DNA of 48,740 nt, taken from Octopus sinensis (Eukaryota). The stretch is from the NCBI RefSeq assembly GCF_006345805.1, contig NW_021834853.1:1-48740 (forward strand), in the 5' to 3' direction. Made by a program: the position numbers and the translations under genes. The notes beneath the pieces are model-generated. The model searched no databases, was not told the DNA's origin, and saw only the letters and a program-made list of their open reading frames with translations. This document shows, piece by piece, positions 25,861 through 37,484 of this stretch (positions are counted from its first letter, which is position 1; the number at the start of each line of letters is the position of its first letter).

Positions 25861-26457
25861 TTTTTTTCTTTACTACTCACAACATAGAAGGGGACAAACA
25901 AGGACAGACAAACGGATTAAGTCGATTACATCGACCCAAGTGCGTAACTGGTACTTAATTTAATCGACCCTGAAAGGATGAAAGGCAAAGTCGACCTCGG
26001 CGGAATTTGAACTCAGAACATAACGGCAGATGAAATACCTATTTCATTACTAACCACAATGGGTTGAACACAGAGGGGACAAACAAGGACAGACAAACGG
26101 ATTAAGTTGATTATATCGACCCCAGTGCGTAACTGGTATTTATTTAATCGACCCCGAAAGGATGAAAGGCAAAGTCGACCTCGGCGGAATTTGAACTCAG
26201 AACATAACGGCAGATGAAATACCTATTTCATTACTAACCACAATGGGTTGAACACAGAGGGGACAAACAAGGACAGACAAACGGATTAAGTCGATTACAT
26301 CGACCCCAGTGCGTAACTGGTACATAATTTAATTGACCCCGAAAGGATGAAAGGCAAAGTCGACCTCGGCGGAATTTGAACTCAGAACGCAACTGCAGAC
26401 GAAATACGGTTACGCATTTCGCCCGGCGTGCTAACGTTTCTGCCAGCTCACCGCTTT
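25861..26457 (-). mobile_element. SINE family A trimer (head plus three ~184-bp body units)
   Basis: Junctions gaaatac|ctatttc at 26032-26045 and 26216-26229; single head at 26408-26457. Confidence 0.94.
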
Positions 26458-27099
26458 CCGTGCGCATATAGCTACGCGTGTACATGTGTGTGTATATTTA
26501 TACATGTGTGTGTATATTTATATTTATACATGTGTGTGTAGCTAAATACTATATATATATATAGGTGGGTATGTAGATCGAAATTAATGGTTGTTTACGC
26601 TTAGCAGTTGCATTTTTTTTTCTTTTAGATGTTTTCATTTGTAATTCTGGTAATTATCTTCTGACTGTTTCCTTTTTTCTTCCTTTTTCCTATTTCCTTT
26701 CTTTCTTTCTCTCTTGTTTTCATTTAAACTTTCAAGGGCGCTCAATAAATTGTAAGTGTCATTGACGCCACACATCGGGATTTCCTAGTCGTTTCACCTG
26801 GGCGCCATATTTACAGTGGTTGTAGTTGTTCGGTCGGCTGGTTGGTTGGTGGTATTGTATTTATCTATATTTGGAATACTGTATGTCGTTGTTTGTACAG
26901 CAGACGTAGTGATTTATATTTTTGTTTTCTTTATCCCCAAGTCAGCTCTGATCTAGAGGACCTATTATGATCAGAAGCGTCCCAGGGGTGACCATCTTGT
27001 CTTTTGTATGTTGACTTCAAATTTTGGTACAAGCCAAAATTTCGGTGATAAAATAAGCATCAGAATTCAACAGATACTTATTTCATCGACCTCTTTCCT

Positions 27100-27227
27100 C
27101 CTGCATCTTGCAGCTTACCTGCGACGGACCGGCATCCCGTCCAGGTGGGGAACCTATACGCCAAGGAAACCGGGAAACCGGCCCTTATGAGCCAGGCATG
27201 GCTTGAGAAGGAACAAACAAAAAAAAA
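27100..27227 (+). mobile_element. 3' fragment of another SINE (V-domain-like)
   Basis: cctgcgacggaccggcatcccgtccaggtgggg...gagaaggaacaaac plus an A tail. The family assignment is from recall only. Confidence 0.55.
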
Positions 27228-27913
27228 CCTACTTTGTCCAGTGCGTCACCATTTGTAATCTAAGTCTATAGCATAGTGTAGGATTAAAAGGAACTTGGTT
27301 TCTCTTTTCAGCATGCTGAGCGACCAGATAGGGTGTCCCATGGTGGTGGCAGTAGTAGTTGAATGGCAAGAAGAGATAAATAATGTTGGCATTTACATTC
27401 AACTGAAGCTATATATTATCCCTTCTTTTTTGGTGGATGTTTTATTTTTGTTCTTCAGTAACTTTGTCGTGTAGAAACCCTCTTTTTTTTATGGCTTACC
27501 ATTAAAAAAGTTGTCAGCGACACCATAAAGAAAATAATTTCAAAAATTAATAAATAAAAGCTTGTTGCTGAATTCCTACATGGGTGGGACGTTTAAAAAA
27601 GAAAATACGAAATAGTATTCACGAAATAGATGTATGTAAGGGGTTTTCTTTAACGACAAAAAAAAAAAGAAAGAAAAGGAGAAAAGTATATAAAAACCCT
27701 TCCAATTTTCCTGTCATGGCGGAATGGCTGTATCGTCAGAGCATCTGGAAAATGCCCTGCCGTATTTCTTTCAGCTCGTTATATTCTATATTCTGAGAGT
27801 TTAATCTCGTGGGGATTAACTTAATCCTTCACCTTCTGATGGACTATGGAATAAAGTACCTTTCGACTAGCCCCTTCTCTTTAAATTCTATAAACTTTGG
27901 TGGGAACGTGAAA

Positions 27914-28126
27914 TAATTCGTTTTTTGGAACAGTGGATCTTGAAGCCCCTAGGGCTATAAATGAAGTGTAAATATTGGATTGAAAAGCGTTATCATGTCT
28001 ACAGTAGATGTGAGTTCGTAACCCACAGGCAGCCTTCGAATTTTTTCAGTCCAGAAGTCAAAGGCTGCCTGTGCATGTTATTTATAACCTTATCTGCTTC
28101 GAGATCCACTGTTAAAAAAAGAATTA
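27914..28126. mobile_element. Fold-back/MITE-like element with ~48-bp imperfect arms and an internal 13-bp hairpin
   Basis: aacagtggatcttgaagc versus the reverse complement of gcttcgagatccactgtt. Inner stem cacaggcagcctt/aaggctgcctgtg (28024-28036 / 28061-28073). Confidence 0.7.
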
Positions 28127-28805
28127 TATAATAAACTAAAGAAGTCACGCAATCACTTGCATTAGCTTGCAGCTGTTTCTGCTATTAGAAACCGTGCACC
28201 CAGAGTTGAGCGCCGGTGTGACGTGTTATAACTTCCTCGGAGCTATTTGAATATCTATTTTAATGAAGTGTTTCTTTATTGAGGAAAGTATTAGGTTATT
28301 GGTTCCACCATGACTAAGCGAAATCATTGTGTGTGTGTGTGTGTGTATTTTTGTGCCATGGCAGATGTGTGTCAGTCGCTATCTTTAACTGTTTCTGTGC
28401 GTTAGTGTGTGTGATATCCGATTATTAGGGTCTCTCGTTCATAGATATTGAAGTTCCGCCGGATGTTTGAAACTGTTATATTACCAGCTATGTATCGTTA
28501 TGAATATCGTAGCCGCCATTAACGATTTCGAGAGCTCTTATTTCCTATAATAATAATAATCATAATAATAATAATAATAATATGCCAGTAATTAGTAAGA
28601 GTAGCTGAATAACGTTGACATCAAATAGTCGAAACTCGCTGCAACGGTATTATGCTGTGTTTGCTTTTCGTTAATTGCAGTTCTGGCGAGAGAGGAAAGA
28701 CTTTGTTTCGACGAACGTTTTCAAATTTCCGCGGAAGGAAAGTCGGAGAGAGAGAGAAAGAGAAAAGAGGTTGGAGAAAAGTTTTCTCTTTGCGTTGGGA
28801 TCCTC

Positions 28806-29147
28806 TTGACTTGACTTGACTTGACTTGACTTGACTTGAGACAGCATTCACCCCGGGGTGGGTTGAGCTAGCTTCATTCATCCTCAATGCTGTATCTCGC
28901 ACAAACGCCGACCAGGCCTGGCGATTTGAGGCTAACGACCGCGTGATCTCCAACCACTCCTTATTCCAGGGGCGAACGCCCTGGATATGAGGGCCTAGGT
29001 TGGGTTCCAGATCGGCCTTGACTGTCATCAGCCAGGTATTCCGTTGCCCACCACATCGCTTTCGCCAACCCTGAAGGGGAGCTGGGGCAATTGCTTCGTA
29101 GATGAATTCTCCTGGTTGACGACGGAGGGCATGACCCAGCCAACGCA
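28806..29147 (-). mobile_element. 5'-truncated RTE-clade LINE (ORF C-terminus plus (CAAGT)n tail)
   Basis: Translates LRWLGHALRRQPGEFIYEAIAPAPLQGWRKRCGGQRNTWLMTVKADLEPNLGP..WNKEWL..LASNRQAWSAFVRD..STHPG, a typical RTE C-terminus. Tail (TTGAC)6 at 28806-28835; TSD gggatcctc at 28797-28805 and 29148-29156. Confidence 0.93.
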
Positions 29148-29506
29148 GGGATCCTCAGCTTGTGATAAGTCAGAGCAGCGTGGGTTTTGGACCTCTCTCT
29201 CTCTCCAAACCTCACTACAGCCCATTTCTTCCATATATTATGTCTGACTATGAGAAAGGGAAGAGATCGACTACCAGTACAGTATTGCATTCGTACTTTG
29301 TTTTCATCCTTCTGAGGTCGATAAACTAAGTTGATTTGGGTTGGGTTAGAACCCAAGAGTTTGGAAACCTGTAGCAAATGCCAATTCGAAGCCATATGAT
29401 AGATGATAAAGGGTAGAATGAATATGCAAGCAATGAACACAAAACGAGACCTGTATGTCAGTCGATTGCGCGTGTGTGTATTCGCGTGCCATACACCGAT
29501 AAATTC

Positions 29507-29760
29507 TCGATGCACGATACCAAATTTCCTGGAGTGATGCTCATAGTTGGTCTTCCAGGTCGCTTATTGTCTTCCAGGAACTTTCTTCAGTTTTTGAAGA
29601 AACATTGCGTATGGTTCATTTCCTCAACGCTGTATGCTTCCCGGAGCTCACTTCCCAAGTTTAACATTGCCAAAGCAGATTTCCCAAGTTTAACGCAAAA
29701 TTTCGCTTTGGTTTGTTGTTCCTGTCCATAGCAAAATCGCAGACTACAGCTTTTTTTTTC
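29507..29760 (-). pseudogene. Mariner transposase N-terminal (HTH) remnant
   Basis: ATG at 29729, MDR, frameshift, then EQQTKAKFCVKLGKSA..LREAYSVEEMNHTQCF..*..LEDNKRPGRPTMSITPGN. This matches the mariner pattern EQRxxIKFCVKLGKS..REAY..DxxRxGRP. Confidence 0.82.
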
Positions 29761-30364
29761 TTCGGCATCCGTCCGTCTCGAGAGACGATGGTGTAGCTCA
29801 GAAAAGGTGGTGGGTGTATCTGCAGTTCCTGGTGTGGCTGTGCAGACCAATCATTGAGTGGCAGTCTCTGCCACATCTGGTGCAAGTGAAAGGGGATGAG
29901 GGCTGTGGTTGCTGCTGCTGCTCCTTTTGCCTGGTTCTCTTTAGTTTGGCAGTAGTGGTCCTCATAACCATTTATATTTCTTTCCGTGTGTGCAGTGTCT
30001 CAAGAGCTCATTGCCCAAGATGTACTGTTTTATAAGACAGCAGAGTGTAATCTGAGGGAGATTTGACTGTTATTCTTTGCATACCCTACAACCAAAGAAC
30101 CAGTTCCTCTATTAGTTACCCATATCTAGTGTAATGTGATGAATTGTGGAGCGGGTGGTGTGTTTTGTGACTTGAGATTCGATATGGCTTCTTGTATAAT
30201 GTTTTAATATCGCTTCCGCTCCAGCTTCCTGTGAATGAAATCTGCTAGAATTTCTTATTCCAGTCTTCCATAGACAAGTCTTCTGTGTGTTTTTACCGGT
30301 TCTTAATGTGTCTCTATAATGCTGAATAAACTTTTTTCTCTTTTGTATATTATTTTTTTCTTAT

Positions 30365-30576
30365 CTTTTACTTGATTCAGCCATTTGACTATGGCCATCC
30401 TGGGGTATCGCCTTGAAGTACTTTTCGTTCGAACAAATCGGCCCCAGGACTTTTTTTTTAAGCTTACATCTTATTCTTTCGGTCTCTTTTGCCGAACCAC
30501 TAAGTTAAAATGACGTAAACACACCAACACCGATTGTCAAGCGGTGGGTGGAGGACGAACATAGAGAAGCACACAT

Positions 30577-30608
<32 letters not shown>

Positions 30609-30782
30609 TTATATACACGACAGGCTTCTTTCCGTTTCCGTCTACCAAATCCACTCACAAGGTTTTGATTGGCCCGAGGCTTTAGTAGTAGACATTTACC
30701 CACGGTGTCACGCAGTGGGTCTGGACCTGGAGCCATGAGATTGAGAAGCGAGTTTCTTATCACACAGTTACCGCCTGCGCCT
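30365..30782 (-). mobile_element. SINE family B, full length, diverged
   Basis: Reverse tail cagccatttgactatggccatcc, internal (CA/TA)n, tctaccaaatccactcacaagg, head ending ..cctgcgcc. Confidence 0.88.
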
Positions 30783-32244
30783 GATGTTTACTTTTGTCTG
30801 GTGAACTCGTTATTTTCGCTGTTTGTGTCAGTATACATAGCTTCATCGGAGACAAAAACCTTTAGCCGGGAGAAAGAGAAGTTTGAAACGGCATTGATAT
30901 TTGACTTAATACTGTGAACAGCAAACTGCACTAAGATACCTTAATTACAGCAGGGTTTTCTGGGGTGCCTGGATTTGCACCGATCTCAAACAACCGGACG
31001 ACCTCTAGTCTAGACATATCATCACAGCTGTTTTATTGTTTCATTGATCTCAGAAGATCAGAAACTCTTCGTGTCAAAAGTACGAATTAGATATACAAGC
31101 CAGAATTATCAATAACGCTTTGATACACCTTGCATAAAAAGAAACCTCATGAATAGTCTTTGGTACAGTTGTTGATAGGTTTATATATCCGTATATATAA
31201 AAGAATGTGTGTGTGTGTGTGTGTGTGTGTAGTACGTGTGTGTGTAGTACATCTATAAAAACATGCTCACATATACTTACACTTATATATTATGTATGTG
31301 TGCGTTGACTCTAAATATGGGTATATAATTATATATTTACGTATTTGTATAAATACATTCACAAACACGCAAAAAATTTACTTACACACACACTCACTTA
31401 CACACACACACACACACTTACACACACTCACACTTACACACTCACTTACACACACACTTACACACATACACACACACACACACCACACACACACACACAA
31501 GAGCATTCAGGCTGGAAAAATATATGTATCTGACGTAATCACCATACATACAAAACTGCATTTGAAATCCCCATGGGTGAGGAAAAGCATGAAATGGAAT
31601 GTTTGTATCTCTCTGCTTCCGCATCTCTCCTTCTCTCTCTCTCTCTCTCTCCCTTTTCTCACTCTTTCTCTCTCTCTAAATATTATACTTCCTATTTAAT
31701 TTTCTTTGGCATTTACATATTCACTCCCACCACCACCACCACTACTACTACTATCACCGCGGCCACTTCAACTGCAACCACTACTACTACTACTACTACT
31801 ACACTTACAATCCAAAAGTGGAATACGTTGCTGTACTCACTAATATTCCCAATATGCGTACTCTGCATTATCAGAGTACATCTTTATTCGATGAAGAGAC
31901 ATCTGTCCTAAGCATAGATTTTTACCCCCCAGCCTCGCGACCAGTCAATTTATTCCATTTTTGAATTGTCTTTACTCACTAATTGCCGACAAATACATTA
32001 CTAATTACCGTCATAGTCACTGTTTTGTTAATTACAGCTTGTTACTATGTGCATATTGTGACTTATTTCATTGCTACAGAAAGTTTTATAATTACTAAGC
32101 TCTCTCTCCCTTTCTATCTGTCTGAATATAATTAGGGGAGCGCAGGCATGATTATTTGCCTTTAAAAATGCGTGATGGTCATGTTTGGAATCGTTTTGGC
32201 TATAGGTTTGCTCAAACAGTTTAATCTGTAGCATCCACCGCCAC

Positions 32245-32460
32245 TACACACAATCGCCAACCACAGGGAGTCACTTGAGACACTCACTTACTAGAAATAG
32301 CAGTCAAATGTCCTTCATATCACAGTTTATTGTGTTAGAAAAGAATGTGGTCCTGGATTCCTGGCACTCTAAAAAAAGATAGAATCGTCACGAGCGAAAT
32401 GTCTTTGATCATATGTTTGCGGCTTGATCAGGGGTGACCTGGGCTAAACTACAAACCTCA
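32245..32460 (+). mobile_element. Family E repeat
   Basis: ctagaaatagcagtcaaatgtcc..gtctttgatcata..gatcaggggtgacctgggctaaac. Confidence 0.65.
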
Positions 32461-32683
32461 AGAACCTCCCGTACGAACCATCTCCACCGTTAACGCCATA
32501 AGCTATTAACTACCGTTAAAGCCAACGAAGGAACATTTGTATGGTTGCCGAACAGCTAGAAATAGCAGCTTGGAATTATATACTCTTTAGGCAGGATGGT
32601 CTTCATGCCTATAACAAGCTGTTTTCGTGGATTTTATGCAATCAGGACTGATATAAAACTGAACATCAAAAACAACCCCGTTT

Positions 32684-33090
32684 GGAAGGATGGAAGCACT
32701 CCGTCGGTTACGACGACGAGGGTTCCGGTTGATCCGATCAACGGAACAGCCTGCTCGTGAAATTAAAGTGTAAGTGGCTGAGCACTCCACAGACACGTGT
32801 ACTCTTAACGTAGTTCTCGGGGATATTCAGCGTGACACAGAGGGTGACAAGGCCGGCCCTTTGAAATACAGGTGCAACAGAAACAGGAAGTAACAGCGAG
32901 AGAAAGTTGTGGTGAAAGAGTACAGCAGGGATCACCACCATCCCTGCCGGAGCCTCGTGGAGCTTTTTAGGTGTTTTCGCTCAATAAACACTCACAACGC
33001 CCGGTCTGGGAATCGAAACCGCGATCCTACGACCGCGAGTCCGCTGCCCTAACCACTGGGCCCTAACCACTGGGCCCTAACCACTGCGCC
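32684..33090 (-). mobile_element. tRNA-derived SINE (family G) with a triplicated A-box segment
   Basis: B box ggtttcgattccc (reverse complement of 33008-33020). ccctaaccactg(g/c)g occurs three times at 33047-33088. Tail ..gtcgtaaccgacggagtgcttcc. Confidence 0.85.
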
Positions 33091-33092
33091 TC

Positions 33093-33768
33093 CATACACG
33101 TATATATTCAGTCATTCAGGTAACTTTATATCTATTACAAATAACCAATTTTTAAAAATTCTTATCCTGGGATATTTTCGTTAGGGATTTGCCATTCACT
33201 ATCGAACGTTGAATTGGGGGACGAAACTGCAAAAACCATCAACAACAACCCCGTTAACAATAACGACAGCACATACATACATACACGTATATACGCAGTC
33301 AATATAAGGCGAGCTGGTAGAAACGTTAGCACGCCGGGCAAAATTCGTAGCCGTATTTCGTCTGTCGTTGCGTTCCGAGTTCAAATTCCGCCGAGGTCGA
33401 CTTTGCCTTTCATCCTTTCGGGGTCGATAAATTAAGTACCAGTTACGCACTGGGGTCGATGTAATCGACTTAATCCCTTTGTCTGTCCCCTCTGTGTTTA
33501 GCCCCTTGTGGGTAGTAAAGAAATATATATATATATGCAGTCATTCAGGTAACTTTATATCTATTACAAATAGCAAATATCTATTACAACTATTACAACA
33601 TGCGGTGCCCCAGCATGACCACAGCTTGTGAGCTGAAACTAGATAGAAATAAATAAAAAAAATAAAATAAAAACCAATTTTTTAAAATTCTTATCCTGGG
33701 ATATTTTCGTTAGGGGATTTTGGCCATTCTCTATCGAACGTTGAATTGGGGGAACGAAACTGCAAGAA
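33093..33768. repeat. ~146-bp local duplication whose second copy carries two later insertions
   Basis: Copy 1 spans 33093-33238. Copy 2 starts at 33280, is broken by SINE A (33306-33524) and a SINE/LINE-tail fragment (33601-33672), and ends near 33768. Confidence 0.88.
33306..33524 (+). mobile_element. SINE family A monomer
   Basis: aaggcgagctggtagaaacgttagc..gagttcaaattccgccgaggtcgactttgcc..agtaaagaaata, flanked by a repeated (tata)gcagtca. Confidence 0.93.
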
Positions 33769-34305
33769 CCAGAAACTTCCACCACCGCAGAAGCAATTCG
33801 CAAGCTCAACATCAACTAGCAATAATATCTCTGTCTCCCCGAGATATACAACAACCACAAACTTTATATCCCTTGTCCATTAATCATCTATCCTCGCCTT
33901 CATTCTTTATCATTCATAACCTACAAAAACATGCATCTTACAACGTTTACATCTTCACCAGAAATTCTTTCGCTTTGCTTTCAATGAATAAAGTTTTTTT
34001 CTTCTTCTTACATTTATGAATAGAACACTTGAATTTAAAATATAATATTCAATTCAATAGATGTCTTATTTTAGAAATTATATTTTATTTATCTTGATTT
34101 TGTCTTCTTTTTCTTCATTTGAATTTATTGTTACATAGGTATATTATAGATTTAGCATGATTTTATTTATATATCAAATATACACATACGTGTGTGTGTG
34201 TGTATGTAATTGATATACTTATGTGTGTGAATGTATATATATTTTATATACTCATACCAAGATATGTTTCTATCAAAATATATATGCATGCTTTTGTATT
34301 GTATA

Positions 34306-34329
34306 ATATACATATATACGTATATATAC

Positions 34330-34362
<33 letters not shown>

Positions 34363-34419
34363 CATATATTATATATATATATATATATATACATATATAT
34401 ACATATATATATATATATT

Positions 34420-34485
<66 letters not shown>

Positions 34486-34530
34486 CATATATATTATATA
34501 TTATATATATACATATATATATATATACAT

Positions 34531-34572
<42 letters not shown>

Positions 34573-34599
34573 ATATATATATATATATATATATATACA

Positions 34600-34634
<35 letters not shown>

Positions 34635-34724
34635 CATATATATATTATATATATATATATTACATATATATATATAACATATATATAATATATACATATA
34701 TATATATATAATATATATATATAT

Positions 34725-34768
<44 letters not shown>

Positions 34769-34771
34769 TAC

Positions 34772-34810
<39 letters not shown>

Positions 34811-34827
34811 CTATATATATATATATA

Positions 34828-34863
<36 letters not shown>

Positions 34864-35012
34864 CATACATATATATATATATATATACATACATATATAC
34901 ATACATATATTATATATATATATATACATACTATATATATATATATATAGATATATATATATATATACTATATATATATATATATACATACACACACATA
35001 TATATATATATA
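34306..35012. repeat. (TA)n microsatellite block
   Basis: Directly visible. Confidence 0.97.
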
Positions 35013-35065
35013 TGCATGCACACACTTTCTGTAAATCTTTATTGAGAGTCAGTATTAGTTGCAAT

Positions 35066-35200
35066 CCCGCCTTGGTCGACTTTGCCTTTCATCCTCTCGG
35101 GGGTCGATAAAATAAAGTACCAGTCATTCACTGGGGTCGATAGTGTCGGCTAATGCCCTTCCCTCAAATTTGATAGCCTTATGCCTAAATCAGAAACAAA
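35066..35200 (+). mobile_element. 5'-truncated SINE family A
   Basis: ggtcgactttgcctttcatcctctcgggggtcgataaaataaagtaccag. Confidence 0.85.
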
Positions 35201-35990
35201 TATTATTATTATTATTATTATTATTATATTATTATTGTTGTTATTGTTGTTGTTGTCATTGTTGTTATTATTTTGTGAGTACGTTAAATATTTATTTTAT
35301 CGCTTTTATTTTTATTTTTTGAAAATTTTGAATAAATATATCACGTTTTTTTAAAAAAGAAATTTCTTATTTTTTCTTCCTTTACAGGGGGTGGGTATAT
35401 TTTATTTATATCAATTTTCTATTCAATTCCAAGTTTCTCTCTCTTCCTCTCTCTCTCTCTCCCTCGCTCCCCCTTCTTTTTTTCTCTCTCTCTCTCTCTC
35501 TCCTTCCTGTAATCCCGCCCTTCCACTAAATCTGAGAGAAAAGCAACTAAAATTGTATTTAGCTAATCGCAGTAGTAGTTTTCACTAATACTAGTACGTT
35601 TGTCTAACACTAACTAACTTACTAACTAATTAACTAACTCTTACTAAAATACTGCTTCTTTGTTCTATCATTGTGTATATATGTATATATATATATATAA
35701 TATATATATATATATATGTATACACACACTCCCTTTTCACTGTATATCTTTCCCTTCTATTTAATATCGGTTATTAATATTTTTCGTTGTGATAATTAAT
35801 AATAATCCTGTTTTTCATATTTTTCGTTTGTAGTTTTAGTCGTATGTTTATTATTATTATTATTATTATATTATTATTATTATTATTATTTACTTTTTGA
35901 AATCCCTAAAATCCTAACAAGTATCGTGTTAATTCCTTCCATAAAATATTTAGTCACATTTTACCCCTATTATTATTATTATTATTATTA

Positions 35991-36026
<36 letters not shown>

Positions 36027-36401
36027 CATTATTATCATTATTATTATTATTATTATTATTTCTGGCTCTCCTCGTCGCAATGGTCAATTAAATATAATAT
36101 ATATTATGCAACCTACCTCCTGCATCGCTGTTTTTTTTTCCCGCTGTAGGCGTGTTTGCATTGTGTTCTTCAGGAAGATATTCAACTCCACATTGCCCTT
36201 AAGGCAGTTTTTATGTCTAGTATAGTAGTAGTAGTAGTAGTAGTAGCTGTAGTAGTAACTGTAGCAATGGTAGTTTTGGTAGTTTTTTCCCATTTTCAAA
36301 TTCGTTTAAAGTTTTTACTGATTCGTTTTATTTTTGTTTCATTAATTTTTTTTCTTTTTTGAAGGTTTTAATTATTTGTTTATTTATTTTGCATGTTCTT
36401 C

Positions 36402-36453
<52 letters not shown>

Positions 36454-36604
36454 TGCTTCTATGCCTTTGTTGAAACCTCTCATCTTAGATAAATTTTGGT
36501 ACTAGTAATTTCAATATTGGTGGCATTATTATTATTATTCGTAGTAGTAGTAGTGGTGGTGGGGTGTTATTTGATGCATCTTGTGCCTTTAGCAAGCACC
36601 AAAG

Positions 36605-36639
<35 letters not shown>

Positions 36640-36877
36640 GACCATCATAGGTCACTTTAAACATGTAGTGTGTATCATAGAATTAGGTGTAGTCTCAAGT
36701 GAGTCTGTATCAAAATAGCTTCTGACACTAAAATAGTAATTACAATGGTTAGTTAAGAACTCACTACTACTACTACTGCTACTATCAAAATTAATATTAA
36801 TCAACCAGAGCCATAGTGTTGTCTACTCACATTGGTTGAACCTATTCATATATTTTCAAATACAGTAAGAAACTAAA

Positions 36878-37058
36878 AAGGTAAAAAGAGAGTAAAAAGC
36901 TTCTGACAATGAGGCAAGGTTTATAACACCTTTATATTTCAGTTATAAAGGCCCATCTTCAGAAGAAAAAGTCTGAAGAGGAGCTTTTACGCTTGAAATA
37001 TACAGGTTTTAAACTTTCCGCATTGTCAGAAGCTTTCTACTTTCTTTCCTTTTACCTT
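36878..37058. ncRNA. Palindrome of two head-to-head minimal hammerhead-like motifs (Penelope-like pLTR remnant candidate)
   Basis: Plus strand CTGAAGA-g-GAGC-ttttac-GCTT-GAAA-TATA (36973-37002). Minus strand CTGAAGA-tgggcctttataact-GAAA-TATA (from 36962 down). The arms also share cattgtcagaagcttt; spacer 10 nt. Confidence 0.6.
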
Positions 37059-37193
37059 CTTCGATATTACAATATTTCATGCGAACTAAAACGATCTTAT
37101 TGTAAGAAACCATTTTGTAAAATTGGATTTAGTTCCTGTGTGTTTTCTTTGAGATTTTGGATAAATTAATCTAGCTTTGGATGACTTTTACCG

Positions 37194-37231
<38 letters not shown>

Positions 37232-37484
37232 CATAGTCGCATATATTTTTTAACCATGCTTTCTTCTCTTATTGCTATTGGCTGGTTGGCTGGTTCTGCA
37301 ATGTTTGCTTCTGCTGTACCCTGCTATTTACATTGCAAATTATACGCATAGGTTTTAAATTTGTTATGTCAGAATTTGAGATTAAATGACTTCAACAACA
37401 GCAACAACAACACCCACTGGCCAAGTAGTGAGGCCAATCTGAATTAGCTTATTTTCCGGTCTCTGAAAGTTGAAGTACTGTACT

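Noticed and set aside
25861-26457. CRISPR-like or retrozyme interpretation of the ~184-bp tandem units
   Set aside because: There are no unique spacers. The junction gives GAAA-TA-CC-TA-TT, but no CUGANGA lies upstream on either strand.
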